This document shows positions 47,010 through 57,861 of a stretch of DNA of 64,000 nucleotides, piece by piece. Source of the stretch: Nitrospira japonica (lineage in GTDB: Bacteria > Nitrospirota > Thermodesulfovibrionia > Thermodesulfovibrionales > SM23-35); assembly GCA_020725385.1 (NCBI GenBank), contig DYFC01000032.1, positions 32,001 through 96,000 of the forward strand, read 5' to 3'. The notes beneath the pieces were generated by a model. That model saw nothing but the letters and a program-made list of their open reading frames with translations, did not search any database and was not told where the DNA came from. Each line of letters opens with the position of its first letter. Position 1 is the stretch's first letter. The position numbers and the translations under genes were made by a program.

Positions 47010-48168
47010 TTGTAACCCCGTTTTTGAATTTTGAATCTTGAGTTTTGAGTTTTGAATCTTGAGTTTTGAGTTTTGAATTCTTTATTATGCTCATTGCTAT
47101 ATCAACAACTTTCTCTGATGCATCAGGCTTGCTTACTGAAATGCAGCTTTTTCTCATATCATTCCTTAGATTCTCATTAAAAAATAATTCTTTTATTTCT
47201 CCGGCAAGTTTTTCTCCACCGAGGTCTTTATCGGCTATCAGCTTCGCTGCTCCTATTTCCTTAAGTTTTTTTGCATTTAATTCCTGATGATTACCGGCAG
47301 CATAGGGGTAAGGAATTAATATCGCGGGTTTCCCCAAAGATGTAATCTCCGCAAGTGTTGTTGCTCCTGCCCGTGAGATTACAATATCCGATACAACATA
47401 AGCTTCACCCATTTGATAAATAAATGGTGCTACAACTCCTTTAAACCCTGCATTTCTATACGCATCTCTGATATATTCATAATCAGAAGAGCCTGTTTGA
47501 TGAATAAACTGAATACTATCTTTAATTTCTTTTAGAAAATTGAATGCATCAATAATCGCAAGATTTATACTCCTTGCGCCTGAACTTCCTCCAAAGACTA
47601 ATATTGTAAAAAGATTCCTTTCAATCGGGAAAATCTTATAAGCTGATTCAATACTTCCTTTAAAAACCTGAAGTCTTACAGGATTCCCTGTAAGAAAGGT
47701 GTTGCCTTTAGGAAAATGTGAGATGCTTTCCTGGTATGTTATACATATTGCATCAACAAATTTTCCGAGTTGTTTATTTGTAAATCCGGGTGTTAAATTC
47801 TGCTCGAGTATCATTGTAGGGAATGACATAAAATATGCGATCATCAGTATTACTCCTGATGCATACCCTCCAACTCCGATCACAATATCCGGTTTTACAG
47901 ATGTTAATATGTTGTATGAATCAAATACTGCATAAACCATTTTAATTAAAGATTTAACCTTTCTCTTAATTGACACTCCAACAAATCCCTCGGCTCTTAA
48001 GAACTTAATCGGGTAACCTTCTCTTGGCACAACCCTCGATTCTATCCCGTGCTCTGTGCCTACAAAAATAATTTCATTAGACTCATCCCTTCTTTTAAAT
48101 TCCTCTGCAACCGCTAAACCGGGAAACAAATGTCCACCGGTTCCACCCCCGGCTATTATTATTCTCAT
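47002..48168 (-). CDS. murG: Lipid II GlcNAc transferase MurG
   Basis: GGGTGGH, GGY, GNPVR, FGGSSGA and SRAGA motifs. Confidence 0.97.
   Translation of the reverse strand: MRIIIAGGGTGGHLFPGLAVAEEFKRRDESNEIIFVGTEHGIESRVVPREGYPIKFLRAEGFVGVSIKRKVKSLIKMVYAVFDSYNILTSVKPDIVIGVGGYASGVILMIAYFMSFPTMILEQNLTPGFTNKQLGKFVDAICITYQESISHFPKGNTFLTGNPVRLQVFKGSIESAYKIFPIERNLFTILVFGGSSGARSINLAIIDAFNFLKEIKDSIQFIHQTGSSDYEYIRDAYRNAGFKGVVAPFIYQMGEAYVVSDIVISRAGATTLAEITSLGKPAILIPYPYAAGNHQELNAKKLKEIGAAKLIADKDLGGEKLAGEIKELFFNENLRNDMRKSCISVSKPDASEKVVDIAMSIIKNSKLKTQDSKLKTQDSKFKNGVTSV
47023..47079. repeat. Tandem heptamer array (TTTTGAG/TCTTGAG/TTTTGAA) in the murG 3' end
   Basis: About 8 units; encodes KNSKLKTQDSKLKTQDSKFKN. 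Confidence 0.9.
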
Positions 48169-49364
48169 CTTTCGAAAATTATCCTGTTGCCTTTAAAATT
48201 TTTTCTTAAATTCCTGGATTCAACCTTTCTTTTAATTATCTTTCTCTTAATAATATTCTTGTCTTCAGCTTCTTCATTTTCATCGTTCTTTGAAAGTCTT
48301 AAAAGCATCCCGATTGTAGCCATATTAACAAGCAAAGAAGACCCGCCATAACTTATAAAAGGAAGCGGAAGTCCTTTTGTAGGAATCATCCCGGTAACAA
48401 CAGCAAAATTTATAAGAGCCTGTAAAGCAATCATTAATGAAAGCCCTGTGACAAGATAACTTGTAAACAAATCTTTTCTTGAAGCAGCAATCTTTATTCC
48501 CCTGTAAAATAGAAATGTAAAAAGGACAATGACAAAAATTGCTCCTATAAGTCCGAATTCTTCCCCGATAATTGAAAATATAAAGTCTGTATGTGATTCC
48601 GGCAGATAGGATAATTTTTGTTTTGAACTGCCAAGCCCTACACCTGTTAGCCCCCCGCTTCCCAGTGCGATAAAAGATTGAATAAGTTGAAAACCGGTTT
48701 TTTGAGGGTCTTCCCATGGATTAAGAAAAGAAGTAATTCTCCTGAACCTATAAGGTTCCATCGCAAGTTTTATTATTACGGGGATAGCTGCAAGAAGAAG
48801 AATCCCGATATATCTTATCTTTGTTCCTGAAAGAAAAAGCATAGCAATCGTAATGAATGTCAGACTCATTACAGCACCAAAATCAGGCTGTAAGATTATG
48901 ATTAACTGAAAGATAACCATAACTCCTATTGGTTTTATGAAAGAAATGAAACTATCTGTTCTGTAATCAGGCATTGAAATATATTTTGCAAGAAATATGA
49001 CCATTGCCATTTTTACGAGTTCAGATGGTTGAAATGTCGATGGCCAGAGTCTAATCCATCTTCTCGCACCGCCTGCAGATATACCAATCCCGGGTATAAA
49101 GACAAGTAAAAGAAGGATTAGAGAAATTATAAGTAAAGGTATCGCAAGCTTTTCAATAAAAGAAGGCTTCAGTCTATAAGCAATTGCCATAATAATAAAA
49201 CCCGCGACTATTGTGAAGAGATGTCTTTTAAAAAAGAAGAATTCGGTTGCTCCCTTTTTTATCAATACAGGAGTCAGAACAGATGTAGTACTGTAAATCA
49301 TCAGGGCTCCGAACCCTGTGAGTATCAAAGTAATAATCAGTAGATATTTATCCTGTCTTTCCAT
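48165..49364 (-). CDS. ftsW: Peptidoglycan polymerase FtsW
   Basis: GARRWI, FQPSE, QPDFG, LPESHTDFIF and PFISYGGSS motifs. Confidence 0.96.
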   Translation of the reverse strand: MERQDKYLLIITLILTGFGALMIYSTTSVLTPVLIKKGATEFFFFKRHLFTIVAGFIIMAIAYRLKPSFIEKLAIPLLIISLILLLLVFIPGIGISAGGARRWIRLWPSTFQPSELVKMAMVIFLAKYISMPDYRTDSFISFIKPIGVMVIFQLIIILQPDFGAVMSLTFITIAMLFLSGTKIRYIGILLLAAIPVIIKLAMEPYRFRRITSFLNPWEDPQKTGFQLIQSFIALGSGGLTGVGLGSSKQKLSYLPESHTDFIFSIIGEEFGLIGAIFVIVLFTFLFYRGIKIAASRKDLFTSYLVTGLSLMIALQALINFAVVTGMIPTKGLPLPFISYGGSSLLVNMATIGMLLRLSKNDENEEAEDKNIIKRKIIKRKVESRNLRKNFKGNRIIFER

Positions 49365-50851
49365 TATTTAAGCTTCCTGACTATATCTTTGAATTGTCTT
49401 CCTCTGTCTTCAAAATCTCTGAACATATCAAAACTTGCACATGCAGGTGATAGAAGAACAACATCTCCTTTTTCAGCTTCTCTTTGGGCAATTTCAACCG
49501 CATCTTTAAGACTTGCAGCCATATGAGTTTTAACAAAATCACCGAGCGCTTTTTTAATTTTCCCGGACGCTTCGCCAATAAGTATCAGGGATTTTACTTT
49601 ATCTTTTACCAAATCTTTCAAAGCACTGAAATCTCCTGCCTTATCTCTTCCACCTGCTATTAAAATCACAGGAGATTTGAATCCCTCAAGTGACTTCATT
49701 ACTGCGGCAACATTTGTGCCTTTCGAATCATTGATGTAACTCACACCATTTAACTCTCTGACAAATTCAAGCCGGTGTTCTAATCCCCCAAACTCTTTAA
49801 GTGAATCTATTACTGCATTTACAGGACAACCTGCAAGGAGAGCCATGGCAGAAGCAGCCATGGCATTCTCCAGGTTATGTACTCCTTTAATTCTTATCTC
49901 ACCGGTATTAATTAAACTAAATGGAATTTTTTCTCCAAATATATCCGGAATATTACAATAAATATATCCATCTTTGAGATATAGACCTTTAACCTCATTT
50001 TTCCTGCTGAAAAAATAGACTTGTGGTTTTATTGATTCCAATTTTGAATAATATAGTTTTTTTGTTTCATCATCGTCATAATTAAGAACAAGATAATCTT
50101 CTTCTGTCTGATTCATAAATATTCTTGATTTTGCGTCTATGTATTCTTTCATTGAATGGTATCTATCGAGATGGTCCGGAGTTATATTTAATAAAGAAGC
50201 AACAACTGGTTTAAACTTATCAATTGCCTCAAGCTGAAAACTCGAGACTTCAACTACAACAAAATCAACAGTCTTTTTATTATCCTTAATGCTTGCAAGT
50301 CTTAGTATTTCTTCTGTTAAAGCATTGCCAATATTGCCTCCTAAAATGCTTTTAAATCCTCCTTTATTAATCATAAAATCGAGCAAAGTTGTTGTAGTTG
50401 ATTTTCCGTTTGTGCCTGTAACAGCAAGAAACCCTTTATTGCAATTAATTAGTTGTTCTTCTTCATTGACAGACATTATTATTCTGTAAGCTAGTTCAAG
50501 CTCACCTATTATAGGAATTCCTCTTGCCCTCGCAAGAGATAGCGGGCTTATATCAAGAGGAACACCCGGGCTGACAACCACAAGATCAGAGTCTTTAAAT
50601 AGATAGTCCGGATGAGAACCTAATATAAGCTTTACTTCTTTATTGATATTCTGAATATAAGATTCTAATTTGTCTTCTTGTTTTATATCAGTTACAGTTA
50701 CATCAGCGCCCATTAAAGAAAGCAGATTGGCTGCGCCAACTCCGCTTCTTGCGAGTCCTACTATTGTTACTCTTTTCCCTTTAACTTCTTTCAACTCCTG
50801 TCCTTTTTGCAAATTTATAAGATTTCTTTTTATTTGTTTTTGATTTTGCAA
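49364..50851 (-). CDS. murD: UDP-MurNAc-L-Ala--D-Glu ligase (start uncertain)
   Basis: GLARSG, GTNGKST, EVSSFQLE, NDSKGTN and LSPACASFD motifs. Confidence 0.96.
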   Translation of the reverse strand: MQNQKQIKRNLINLQKGQELKEVKGKRVTIVGLARSGVGAANLLSLMGADVTVTDIKQEDKLESYIQNINKEVKLILGSHPDYLFKDSDLVVVSPGVPLDISPLSLARARGIPIIGELELAYRIIMSVNEEEQLINCNKGFLAVTGTNGKSTTTTLLDFMINKGGFKSILGGNIGNALTEEILRLASIKDNKKTVDFVVVEVSSFQLEAIDKFKPVVASLLNITPDHLDRYHSMKEYIDAKSRIFMNQTEEDYLVLNYDDDETKKLYYSKLESIKPQVYFFSRKNEVKGLYLKDGYIYCNIPDIFGEKIPFSLINTGEIRIKGVHNLENAMAASAMALLAGCPVNAVIDSLKEFGGLEHRLEFVRELNGVSYINDSKGTNVAAVMKSLEGFKSPVILIAGGRDKAGDFSALKDLVKDKVKSLILIGEASGKIKKALGDFVKTHMAASLKDAVEIAQREAEKGDVVLLSPACASFDMFRDFEDRGRQFKDIVRKLK

Positions 50852-51899
50852 TGTTATATTTTTTGACTTTTTTCTTTGTATATATCTTTTCTTCCGGGGA
50901 TTTGCTTTTTGATTTTTTAGCGAGTAAATATTTTTTGCTGGATTTTTTTATTTTATGAATTCTTTTTGATGGCGTAACGATACTATAATCATCATCAATC
51001 TCTGTATTCGTTACATAAAATACAGGATTTTCTCTATTATTCAAGACATCAAATCCTTTTGTTATAAGTAATTCTGTCTCGCGCCAGAGTTCTTCCCTGC
51101 TTGGACTGCCAAGAACAGCAACAACTACGGTGTCGTTTTTTCTTTCAGCAGCACATACAAAACAATGTCTTGCTTTGTTTGTATATCCTGTCTTTCCTCC
51201 GACAAGATCATCTTCAGACCATAAAAGTCTATTTGTATTTCTTATTAATTTTGAGTTGCCATTGGTTGAAGAAACTTGAGTTATTCTTGTGCCTATAATT
51301 TCGCGAATCTTCGGGTATTTAAGAGCATAGCTCATAATTCTTGAAAGATCATTTGCGGTTATATGCTGGCCGCTACCGGGAAGTCCTGTTGCATTTATGA
51401 AAAATGTGTTTGAGGCTCCAATTGAAAGAGCTTTCATATTCATAAGTTCTACGAATTTTTCTTCTGAACCGGCAACAGCTTCTGCCAGAGCTACTGCCGC
51501 ATCATTTGCAGAACCTATTAAAGCTGCATTTAATAGCTCTTCGACAGTGATTCTGTCACCTGCCTTAAACCCTGCCTTATGTGGTTGAACACGGGCAGCA
51601 TTTTTGCTTATTGTAACAATGTCATTCAGATTAGCTCTTTCGAGTGTAACTATTGCTGTCATGAGTTTTGTAGTACTTGCCGGAGGACATCTAAGGTCAG
51701 GATTTTTGGCATATAATAGCCTGCCTGTTGACGCATCCATTACAACGACTGCCCTTGAAAGTATATCCTGGGAGTAAGAGAATACAGGTAAAAGAAAAAT
51801 GGATAGGAAGACAATTATTAAAGATAACGTATTATTTTTTAACAAATATCCTGCTGTTTTTCTACCCTGAATCCACGTATTTTTAAGCATAATTGTCAC
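50781..51899 (-). CDS. D-Ala-D-Ala carboxypeptidase/endopeptidase (peptidase S11) with Lys-rich tail
   Basis: PASTTK (SxxK), SAN and GKTG motifs. Confidence 0.9.
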   Translation of the reverse strand: MTIMLKNTWIQGRKTAGYLLKNNTLSLIIVFLSIFLLPVFSYSQDILSRAVVVMDASTGRLLYAKNPDLRCPPASTTKLMTAIVTLERANLNDIVTISKNAARVQPHKAGFKAGDRITVEELLNAALIGSANDAAVALAEAVAGSEEKFVELMNMKALSIGASNTFFINATGLPGSGQHITANDLSRIMSYALKYPKIREIIGTRITQVSSTNGNSKLIRNTNRLLWSEDDLVGGKTGYTNKARHCFVCAAERKNDTVVVAVLGSPSREELWRETELLITKGFDVLNNRENPVFYVTNTEIDDDYSIVTPSKRIHKIKKSSKKYLLAKKSKSKSPEEKIYTKKKVKKYNIAKSKTNKKKSYKFAKRTGVERS

Positions 51900-52978
51900 C
51901 TCACTTTTAAAGTTGCCAGACTCAATAAAGCAAGAACTATTCCAATAATCCAGAATCTTACAATAACTTTGGGCTCAGGCCATCCTTTTAGTTCGAAATG
52001 ATGATGTATTGGAGCCATCTTAAAAACTCTTTTCCCTGTTAATTTAAAAGAAGAAACCTGAATTATTACCGATAATGTCTCAATTACAAATATCCCGCCA
52101 ACTACAGCAAGAACAATTTCATGTTTTGTTATTACAGCTAATGTTCCAAGAGCGCCTCCAAGACTAAGTGAACCTACATCACCCATAAAAACATCTGCAG
52201 GATAGGAATTAAACCATAGAAATCCTAATGCTGCTCCAAACATGGCTCCACAAAATACAGTAAGTTCTCCTGTGCCCGGAAGATAAAGAACCTGCAGATA
52301 TTGAGCCAATCCTTTATGTCCTGAAAGATAAACAAGAACTCCGTTTGCAAGTGCTGCGACAGCTACAAGTCCTATTGCGAGGCCATCAATTCCATCTGTG
52401 AGATTTACAGCATTTGAAGAACCAACTATGACAATTATCGAAAAAGGTATATAAATCCAGCCAAGCTCAAAAAGCCATTTCTTGAAAAAAGGTACACTAA
52501 GAACGTCTGAATAAGGATCCTTTGGGTTTAAATAAAGGAAAACTCCTATTATGACTGCAAGTCCGATCTGAAGTCCGAATTTTTGATATGCTCTTAACCC
52601 TCTATGGTTATGGCGATGTACTTTGAGATAATCATCAAGAAATCCGATAAAACCAAAACCTAAGAGAGAGACAATCATTATCCATATATAAATATTTTTA
52701 AGATCACCCCACATTAACATTGAAACCATAATACATGTAATAATTAAAATTCCACCCATTGTCGGAGTGCCTGCTTTCCCGAGATGCGCTTTCGGGCCAT
52801 CATCTCTTATTTGCTGGGTAAGACTAAGGTTCCTTAATTTATTAATCATCCATGGCCCTAATAGCAAAGAAAGAAAAAGAGCTGTCAAAATAGCCAGAGA
52901 TGTTCTAAAAGTAATATATCTGAATACATTTAAAGGGGAAAACCAGTCATGAAGGCTGTATATTAAACTGTACAGCAT
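51896..52978 (-). CDS. mraY: Phospho-MurNAc-pentapeptide transferase
   Basis: GTPTMGG, DD, NLTDGIDGL, FMGDVGS and APIHHHFE motifs. Confidence 0.98.
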   Translation of the reverse strand: MLYSLIYSLHDWFSPLNVFRYITFRTSLAILTALFLSLLLGPWMINKLRNLSLTQQIRDDGPKAHLGKAGTPTMGGILIITCIMVSMLMWGDLKNIYIWIMIVSLLGFGFIGFLDDYLKVHRHNHRGLRAYQKFGLQIGLAVIIGVFLYLNPKDPYSDVLSVPFFKKWLFELGWIYIPFSIIVIVGSSNAVNLTDGIDGLAIGLVAVAALANGVLVYLSGHKGLAQYLQVLYLPGTGELTVFCGAMFGAALGFLWFNSYPADVFMGDVGSLSLGGALGTLAVITKHEIVLAVVGGIFVIETLSVIIQVSSFKLTGKRVFKMAPIHHHFELKGWPEPKVIVRFWIIGIVLALLSLATLKVR

Positions 52979-54315
52979 ATTTCCTCCATAACTTTTTCCA
53001 TTCCCATTCCCCTTGAACCTTTAATAAGTACAGAATCGCCTTCTCTTAATATTTTGCTTAGAATCTTTCCAGCTTCAGAAGCATTGTCTGATGTGTAAAC
53101 AATTCCTTTGAATTCATCTGAAGCTATTTTCATTAAATTTCCTACTGCTATAAAAACATCTATGTTAAGTTTTGATAGAACTCTTCCAATATTTCTGTGT
53201 GCTTCTTCAGCATATGAGCCAAGTTCGAGCATATCTCCTAAGACTGCTATTGCTCTTGTCTTTTTAATTCTCGAAAGTTCTTCCAGAGCGCCTTGAACCG
53301 AACCTGGATTGGCATTATACATATCCTTAATAAAAGTAATTCCATCAATATAAGTATATTCCAGCCTCATTGGAACACCTTTAAAAGTATGTACAGCTTC
53401 CCGAATATCTTTTAAAGGAATTCCTATCTTGTAAGCAATAGAAGAAGCAGCAAGTATGTTATAAACATTAAACATCCCTGATATTGAAGATTCTATCCTT
53501 GTACTTTCTTTTCCTTTAATATGCATCTCAAAACCCAGACCTTTTTCATGGAGTCTAACATCTTTTGCATAAACATCAGCAATTTCCTTTGCAGAATAAT
53601 AGATAATCTCTCCATTGAAATTTGAATTTCTTATCCCTTCAACCATAAATTTATCATCAAAATTAACCACAATAGTCTTTACAAATTCAAGCATCTCAAG
53701 TTTTGTTGAACGTATTGTTTCAATATCCCCGAATCCTGAGATATGAGCATATCCAATATTTGTTAATACTCCATAATCAGGCAACGCTATTTCGCAAAGC
53801 TGCTTTATTTCACCCTTGCCGCTTGCACCCATTTCAAGAACAATAGCTTCATCTTTCCGTGTTAAATTTGACAGACTTAGAGGAAGCCCGATGTGATTAT
53901 TAAGGTTACCTTCATTTTTTAAAACTCTACGACTTCTACCAAGAATGGCTGCTGTCAGTTCTTTTGTTGTTGTTTTGCCATTTGTTCCCGTAATTGCAAT
54001 AACAGGAATATCTCTTTTTAAACGCAAGAAACGGGCTAAGTCCTGCAAAGCTTTCAAAGTGTCTTTTACAAATATAATGGTTTTATCTGTAATCTGCCTT
54101 GATGGCTTTATACTTACGAATGCACCAATCCCGATTTTTATTGCTTCGAGCAAAAACTCATGACCATCACTTTTAGTTCCTTTTAAAGGCACAAATAATT
54201 CTCCATGTTTGATCTTTCTGGAATCAATACAAACTCCTGTAAAAACATCTGCACCTTTAAAGAGAATTTCTCCTCCTGTAGCTTTCAAAATGTCTTCTAA
54301 TGTTATGAATCCCAT
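52963..54315 (-). CDS. murF: UDP-MurNAc-tripeptide--D-Ala-D-Ala ligase
   Basis: GTNGKTTTKE, NNHIGLP, YNANP, LGDMLELG and KGSRG motifs. Confidence 0.96.
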   Translation of the reverse strand: MGFITLEDILKATGGEILFKGADVFTGVCIDSRKIKHGELFVPLKGTKSDGHEFLLEAIKIGIGAFVSIKPSRQITDKTIIFVKDTLKALQDLARFLRLKRDIPVIAITGTNGKTTTKELTAAILGRSRRVLKNEGNLNNHIGLPLSLSNLTRKDEAIVLEMGASGKGEIKQLCEIALPDYGVLTNIGYAHISGFGDIETIRSTKLEMLEFVKTIVVNFDDKFMVEGIRNSNFNGEIIYYSAKEIADVYAKDVRLHEKGLGFEMHIKGKESTRIESSISGMFNVYNILAASSIAYKIGIPLKDIREAVHTFKGVPMRLEYTYIDGITFIKDMYNANPGSVQGALEELSRIKKTRAIAVLGDMLELGSYAEEAHRNIGRVLSKLNIDVFIAVGNLMKIASDEFKGIVYTSDNASEAGKILSKILREGDSVLIKGSRGMGMEKVMEEICCTV

Positions 54316-54407
54316 AATTTAAATATGTTTATCCTTTAAATTTTTAGGTTCTTCTCTAATTTAGTTGCTCCAAAACTCTCTTTTGTCACTCTTTCTAAAA
54401 CCTTCTG

Positions 54408-54491
54408 TGTCATTCCCGCGCAAGCGGGAATCCAGTTTATTTATAATTTTTCATATTTTTCTGGATTCCCCGATCAAGTCGGGGAATGACA
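54408..54491. repeat. Inverted pair of REP-like palindromes
   Basis: TGTCATTCCCGCGCAAGCGGGAATCCAG and CTGGATTCCCCGATCAAGTCGGGGAATGACA between murE and murF. Confidence 0.85.
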
Positions 54492-54571
54492 GTTTGTCTA
54501 CTTATTCAGCAACTTTTTTGGAGAAGAACAAATTTTTTATAATTATTCATCCCATTAAAGTGAATACGAAC

Positions 54572-56149
54572 TTATTCTGTACTTTTATTAAGTCTTTTTT
54601 CTATTGCCTGTCTTGCAATTTCTTTATCGCTAAAATGTTTTTTTACACCTTCTATTTCCTGATAATCTTCATGTCCCTTCCCTGCTATCAATATAATGTC
54701 CCCTGTTTTTGCCATATTTATGGCATGTTTAATAGCCTTTTCACGATCAGGCTCAACAATATAATTTTTATTTACAGTACCTTTTTCAATATCATCAATA
54801 ATTTGCAAAGGGTCTTCTGTTCTTGGATTATCCGATGTAATAACCACAAAATCACTAAGGGATGTTGCTGCTCTACCCATTGCAGGTCTTTTACCTCTGT
54901 CCCTGTCACCACCGCATCCAAATACTGTAATTATTGAACCTTTCTTTGTAATAAGCCGACCTTCAGGAGCATTGAAATTAAGAAGTTCTCTTGCAGTGAT
55001 TATAAGTCTTTCAAGAGCATCTTCGGTGTGGGCATAGTCAATAATACATAGAAAGTCCTGGCCAATGTCAACTTTTTCAAATCTTCCGGGAACAGTTTTA
55101 GTATTTTTAATTCCTTCTGCAATTATATTTAAAGGAACATTCATTGATTTTGCTGCTCCGGCAGCAGCCATAATATTATAAACATTGAACATACCGATTA
55201 AAGATGTATCTATCTGTATAGTCTCATTGTTGATTTGAAGCAAGAAATTCATTCCATTATATGAGAAATTAATTTTTGATGCTGTTATATCGGACCCCGG
55301 TTGAAGTCCAAAAGTAAGAATATTCAAGGTAGAGGTAAGCCATCTAACAGGAAGTAATTCAGAATAAAGTTGTTTTCCAAAAATATCATCAATATTTATT
55401 ATTGCAGTACCATCGGAAGAAAGCAATTCGACAAATAATCTTCTTTTTGCATAGAAATAATTTTCCATTGTTTTATGAAAATCGAGATGATCCCTTGTTA
55501 AATTTGTAAATACAGCGACTTTAAACTTTGCTCCATCAACCCTATATTGTGCAAGTGCGTGTGATGAAACTTCCGAGATAACATCTGTACAACCCGCATC
55601 AAACATATCTTTCAAAAGATGCTGGAATTCAGGCGATTCAGGTGTCGTATGTATTGCCGGTATTATATTATCACCAATCATATATTGTATTGTACCTATA
55701 AGGCCAACCTTACGTTGCCATGCTTCGAGAATTGATTTTAATATATATGTGATGGTTGTCTTTCCATTAGTCCCTGTTATTCCTATTAGATTTAGTTTTT
55801 CCGATGGTCTTCCATAAAAATTATTTGACATGCAGGCAAGTTCTTTCCTGGTGTTTTCAACATGAATAAATACAATAGAATCGGGCTTGTTACCCGAGGC
55901 AGTAAATAAATTTATCTGTTCTTTATCAAGTTGTTTTTCATGTACAATCGCAACAGCGCCTTTTTGTATAGCATCTTGAATAAAATTATGTCCATCAAAT
56001 TTTTCTCCATGAATCGCTACAAAAATCCAGTCTTTTTTAACCTGCCGTGAATTATAAGTAATACCTGAAATATTAATTACATTCAGGACATTATTTGTAT
56101 TAATACTATTAGAAATTTTACAGTTTTCTATTATTTCCCTTAAAATCAT
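54572..56149 (-). CDS. murE: UDP-MurNAc-dipeptide--mDAP ligase
   Basis: GTNGKTT, TTPES, EVSSH, DHLDFH, DYAHT and SDNPR (DAP-specific) motifs. Confidence 0.97.
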   Translation of the reverse strand: MILREIIENCKISNSINTNNVLNVINISGITYNSRQVKKDWIFVAIHGEKFDGHNFIQDAIQKGAVAIVHEKQLDKEQINLFTASGNKPDSIVFIHVENTRKELACMSNNFYGRPSEKLNLIGITGTNGKTTITYILKSILEAWQRKVGLIGTIQYMIGDNIIPAIHTTPESPEFQHLLKDMFDAGCTDVISEVSSHALAQYRVDGAKFKVAVFTNLTRDHLDFHKTMENYFYAKRRLFVELLSSDGTAIINIDDIFGKQLYSELLPVRWLTSTLNILTFGLQPGSDITASKINFSYNGMNFLLQINNETIQIDTSLIGMFNVYNIMAAAGAAKSMNVPLNIIAEGIKNTKTVPGRFEKVDIGQDFLCIIDYAHTEDALERLIITARELLNFNAPEGRLITKKGSIITVFGCGGDRDRGKRPAMGRAATSLSDFVVITSDNPRTEDPLQIIDDIEKGTVNKNYIVEPDREKAIKHAINMAKTGDIILIAGKGHEDYQEIEGVKKHFSDKEIARQAIEKRLNKSTE

Positions 56150-57852
56150 CTCATTACCAGAATATCAGGCTTGTTTTGTTTTTCTTCAATTGGCACATTC
56201 AGATAAGAGAGTGCCTGATTTGCTATATCACGAAATACTGGAGCAGCAACTGTTCCACCATAAATCTGACCTTTGGGCTCATAAACTACGACTATCATCG
56301 CTATTCGCGGGTTATTTGCCGGAACGAATCCCACGAAAGAACTTACATATTTTTCTTTTGAATATCTTTTTGTAACAGGATTAATCATTTGTGCGGTTCC
56401 TGTTTTGCCCGCGACATCATTGCCGTCTATAGATGCAAGAGTGCCTGTGCCACCTTCTTCGGTGACGCTTTTCAGAATTTCTCTGAAAGTTTCTGCTGTT
56501 TTACTGGATATTATGCGTATTTTTTCTGTGTCATTGAACGAAGCAATTATACGGCCTTCAGGAGATATAATTTCTTTGACCACATGTGGTGTTATAAGAA
56601 AGCCTCCATTTGCAACAGCAGAATATGCACGCAACATTTGTAATGGCGTAACAGCAACTTCCTGTCCGATAGGAATAGCGCCTATAGAAGTCGCAGACCA
56701 TTTTTCAGGTGGACGAATCCAGCCCGATACTTCGCCGGGCAAGTCAATTCCTGTTTTTTCTCCGATGCCGAGTAGTTTTGCATATTTATATAACCTTTCT
56801 TTTCCAAGTCTCATACCAACCATTATCGAACCAACATTGGACGATTTCTGGATAACTTCTTTGAATGTCAGGACTCCATATTTATGAACATCCCTGATTG
56901 TCTTGCCACCAACTTCTATGCCACCTCTACTTACATCAAAAAGACTATTTGGTTTGACAATTTTTTCTTCTATAGCACCAACCCCAATCACAATCTTAAA
57001 AGTCGAACCAGGTTCATAGCAGTCTGTAATTGCCCTGTTACGTCTTTCAGATGCATTTGCACTGCTTCCCTTATTCAGGTCATAGTCAGGCATATTTGCG
57101 AGAGCAAGAATTTCACCATTAAACGGATCCATCATTATTACAGAGCCTGCAACAGCCCTCCATTTAGACATTGCTTTATCAAGTTCTTTTTCGACTATAC
57201 GTTGTAGAACCTCATCGATTGTCAAAATTATGTTATTTCCTTTTATTTCGGTATTGACGCCTGAAGAAAGAATTCTCCCTCCGGCATCTCTTTCTACAAT
57301 CACTTTTCCACCGTTTGCTTTAAGATATTTATCATATTTAAGTTCTATTCCTTCCAGAGACTGATTGTCAACACCAACGAAACCGATAACATGGGATGCG
57401 AGATTAGATTTTGGATAATATCTTTTTGCCTCTGTTAAAAATCCGAGTCCATTTATTTTTAATTCCTTTATTTTTTCTGCTTTTTCAGGTTCGATTTTCC
57501 TTCCGAGCCAGACAAACCTTCCCTGTTCTGGTATTTTTGCTAAAATAGCTTCAGGCTTTTGGTTCATTAATGAAGCAAGAATTCCTAATTTTTCATTTTC
57601 ACGTATAAAATTCTGTGGATCACAATAAACTGAATCAAAATCTAAGTTAAGGGCGAATTCTCTTCCGCGTCGATCTACGATAATTCCTCTCCTTGCCTGG
57701 ATGTCCTCAACCTTAATGTATTGTTTCTTTGCGCTATTAGCAAGAATTTTATGGTCGAAAATCATTAAATCCACGAGACGAAATATAACTATGAAAAAGC
57801 TAAAAATTATAACAGTATTGAGGATTACAGCCCTTTTTTTATTCAACCCCAC
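56146..57852 (-). CDS. ftsI: Class B penicillin-binding protein FtsI
   Basis: EPGSTFK, SSN and GKTGTAQ motifs; dcw position. Confidence 0.95.
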   Translation of the reverse strand: MGLNKKRAVILNTVIIFSFFIVIFRLVDLMIFDHKILANSAKKQYIKVEDIQARRGIIVDRRGREFALNLDFDSVYCDPQNFIRENEKLGILASLMNQKPEAILAKIPEQGRFVWLGRKIEPEKAEKIKELKINGLGFLTEAKRYYPKSNLASHVIGFVGVDNQSLEGIELKYDKYLKANGGKVIVERDAGGRILSSGVNTEIKGNNIILTIDEVLQRIVEKELDKAMSKWRAVAGSVIMMDPFNGEILALANMPDYDLNKGSSANASERRNRAITDCYEPGSTFKIVIGVGAIEEKIVKPNSLFDVSRGGIEVGGKTIRDVHKYGVLTFKEVIQKSSNVGSIMVGMRLGKERLYKYAKLLGIGEKTGIDLPGEVSGWIRPPEKWSATSIGAIPIGQEVAVTPLQMLRAYSAVANGGFLITPHVVKEIISPEGRIIASFNDTEKIRIISSKTAETFREILKSVTEEGGTGTLASIDGNDVAGKTGTAQMINPVTKRYSKEKYVSSFVGFVPANNPRIAMIVVVYEPKGQIYGGTVAAPVFRDIANQALSYLNVPIEEKQNKPDILVMR

Positions 57853-57861
57853 CTCACAATT

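Noticed and set aside
54365-54937. 190-aa plus-strand ORF containing SFPRKRES
   Set aside because: Translation of the REP pair plus the murE antisense strand.
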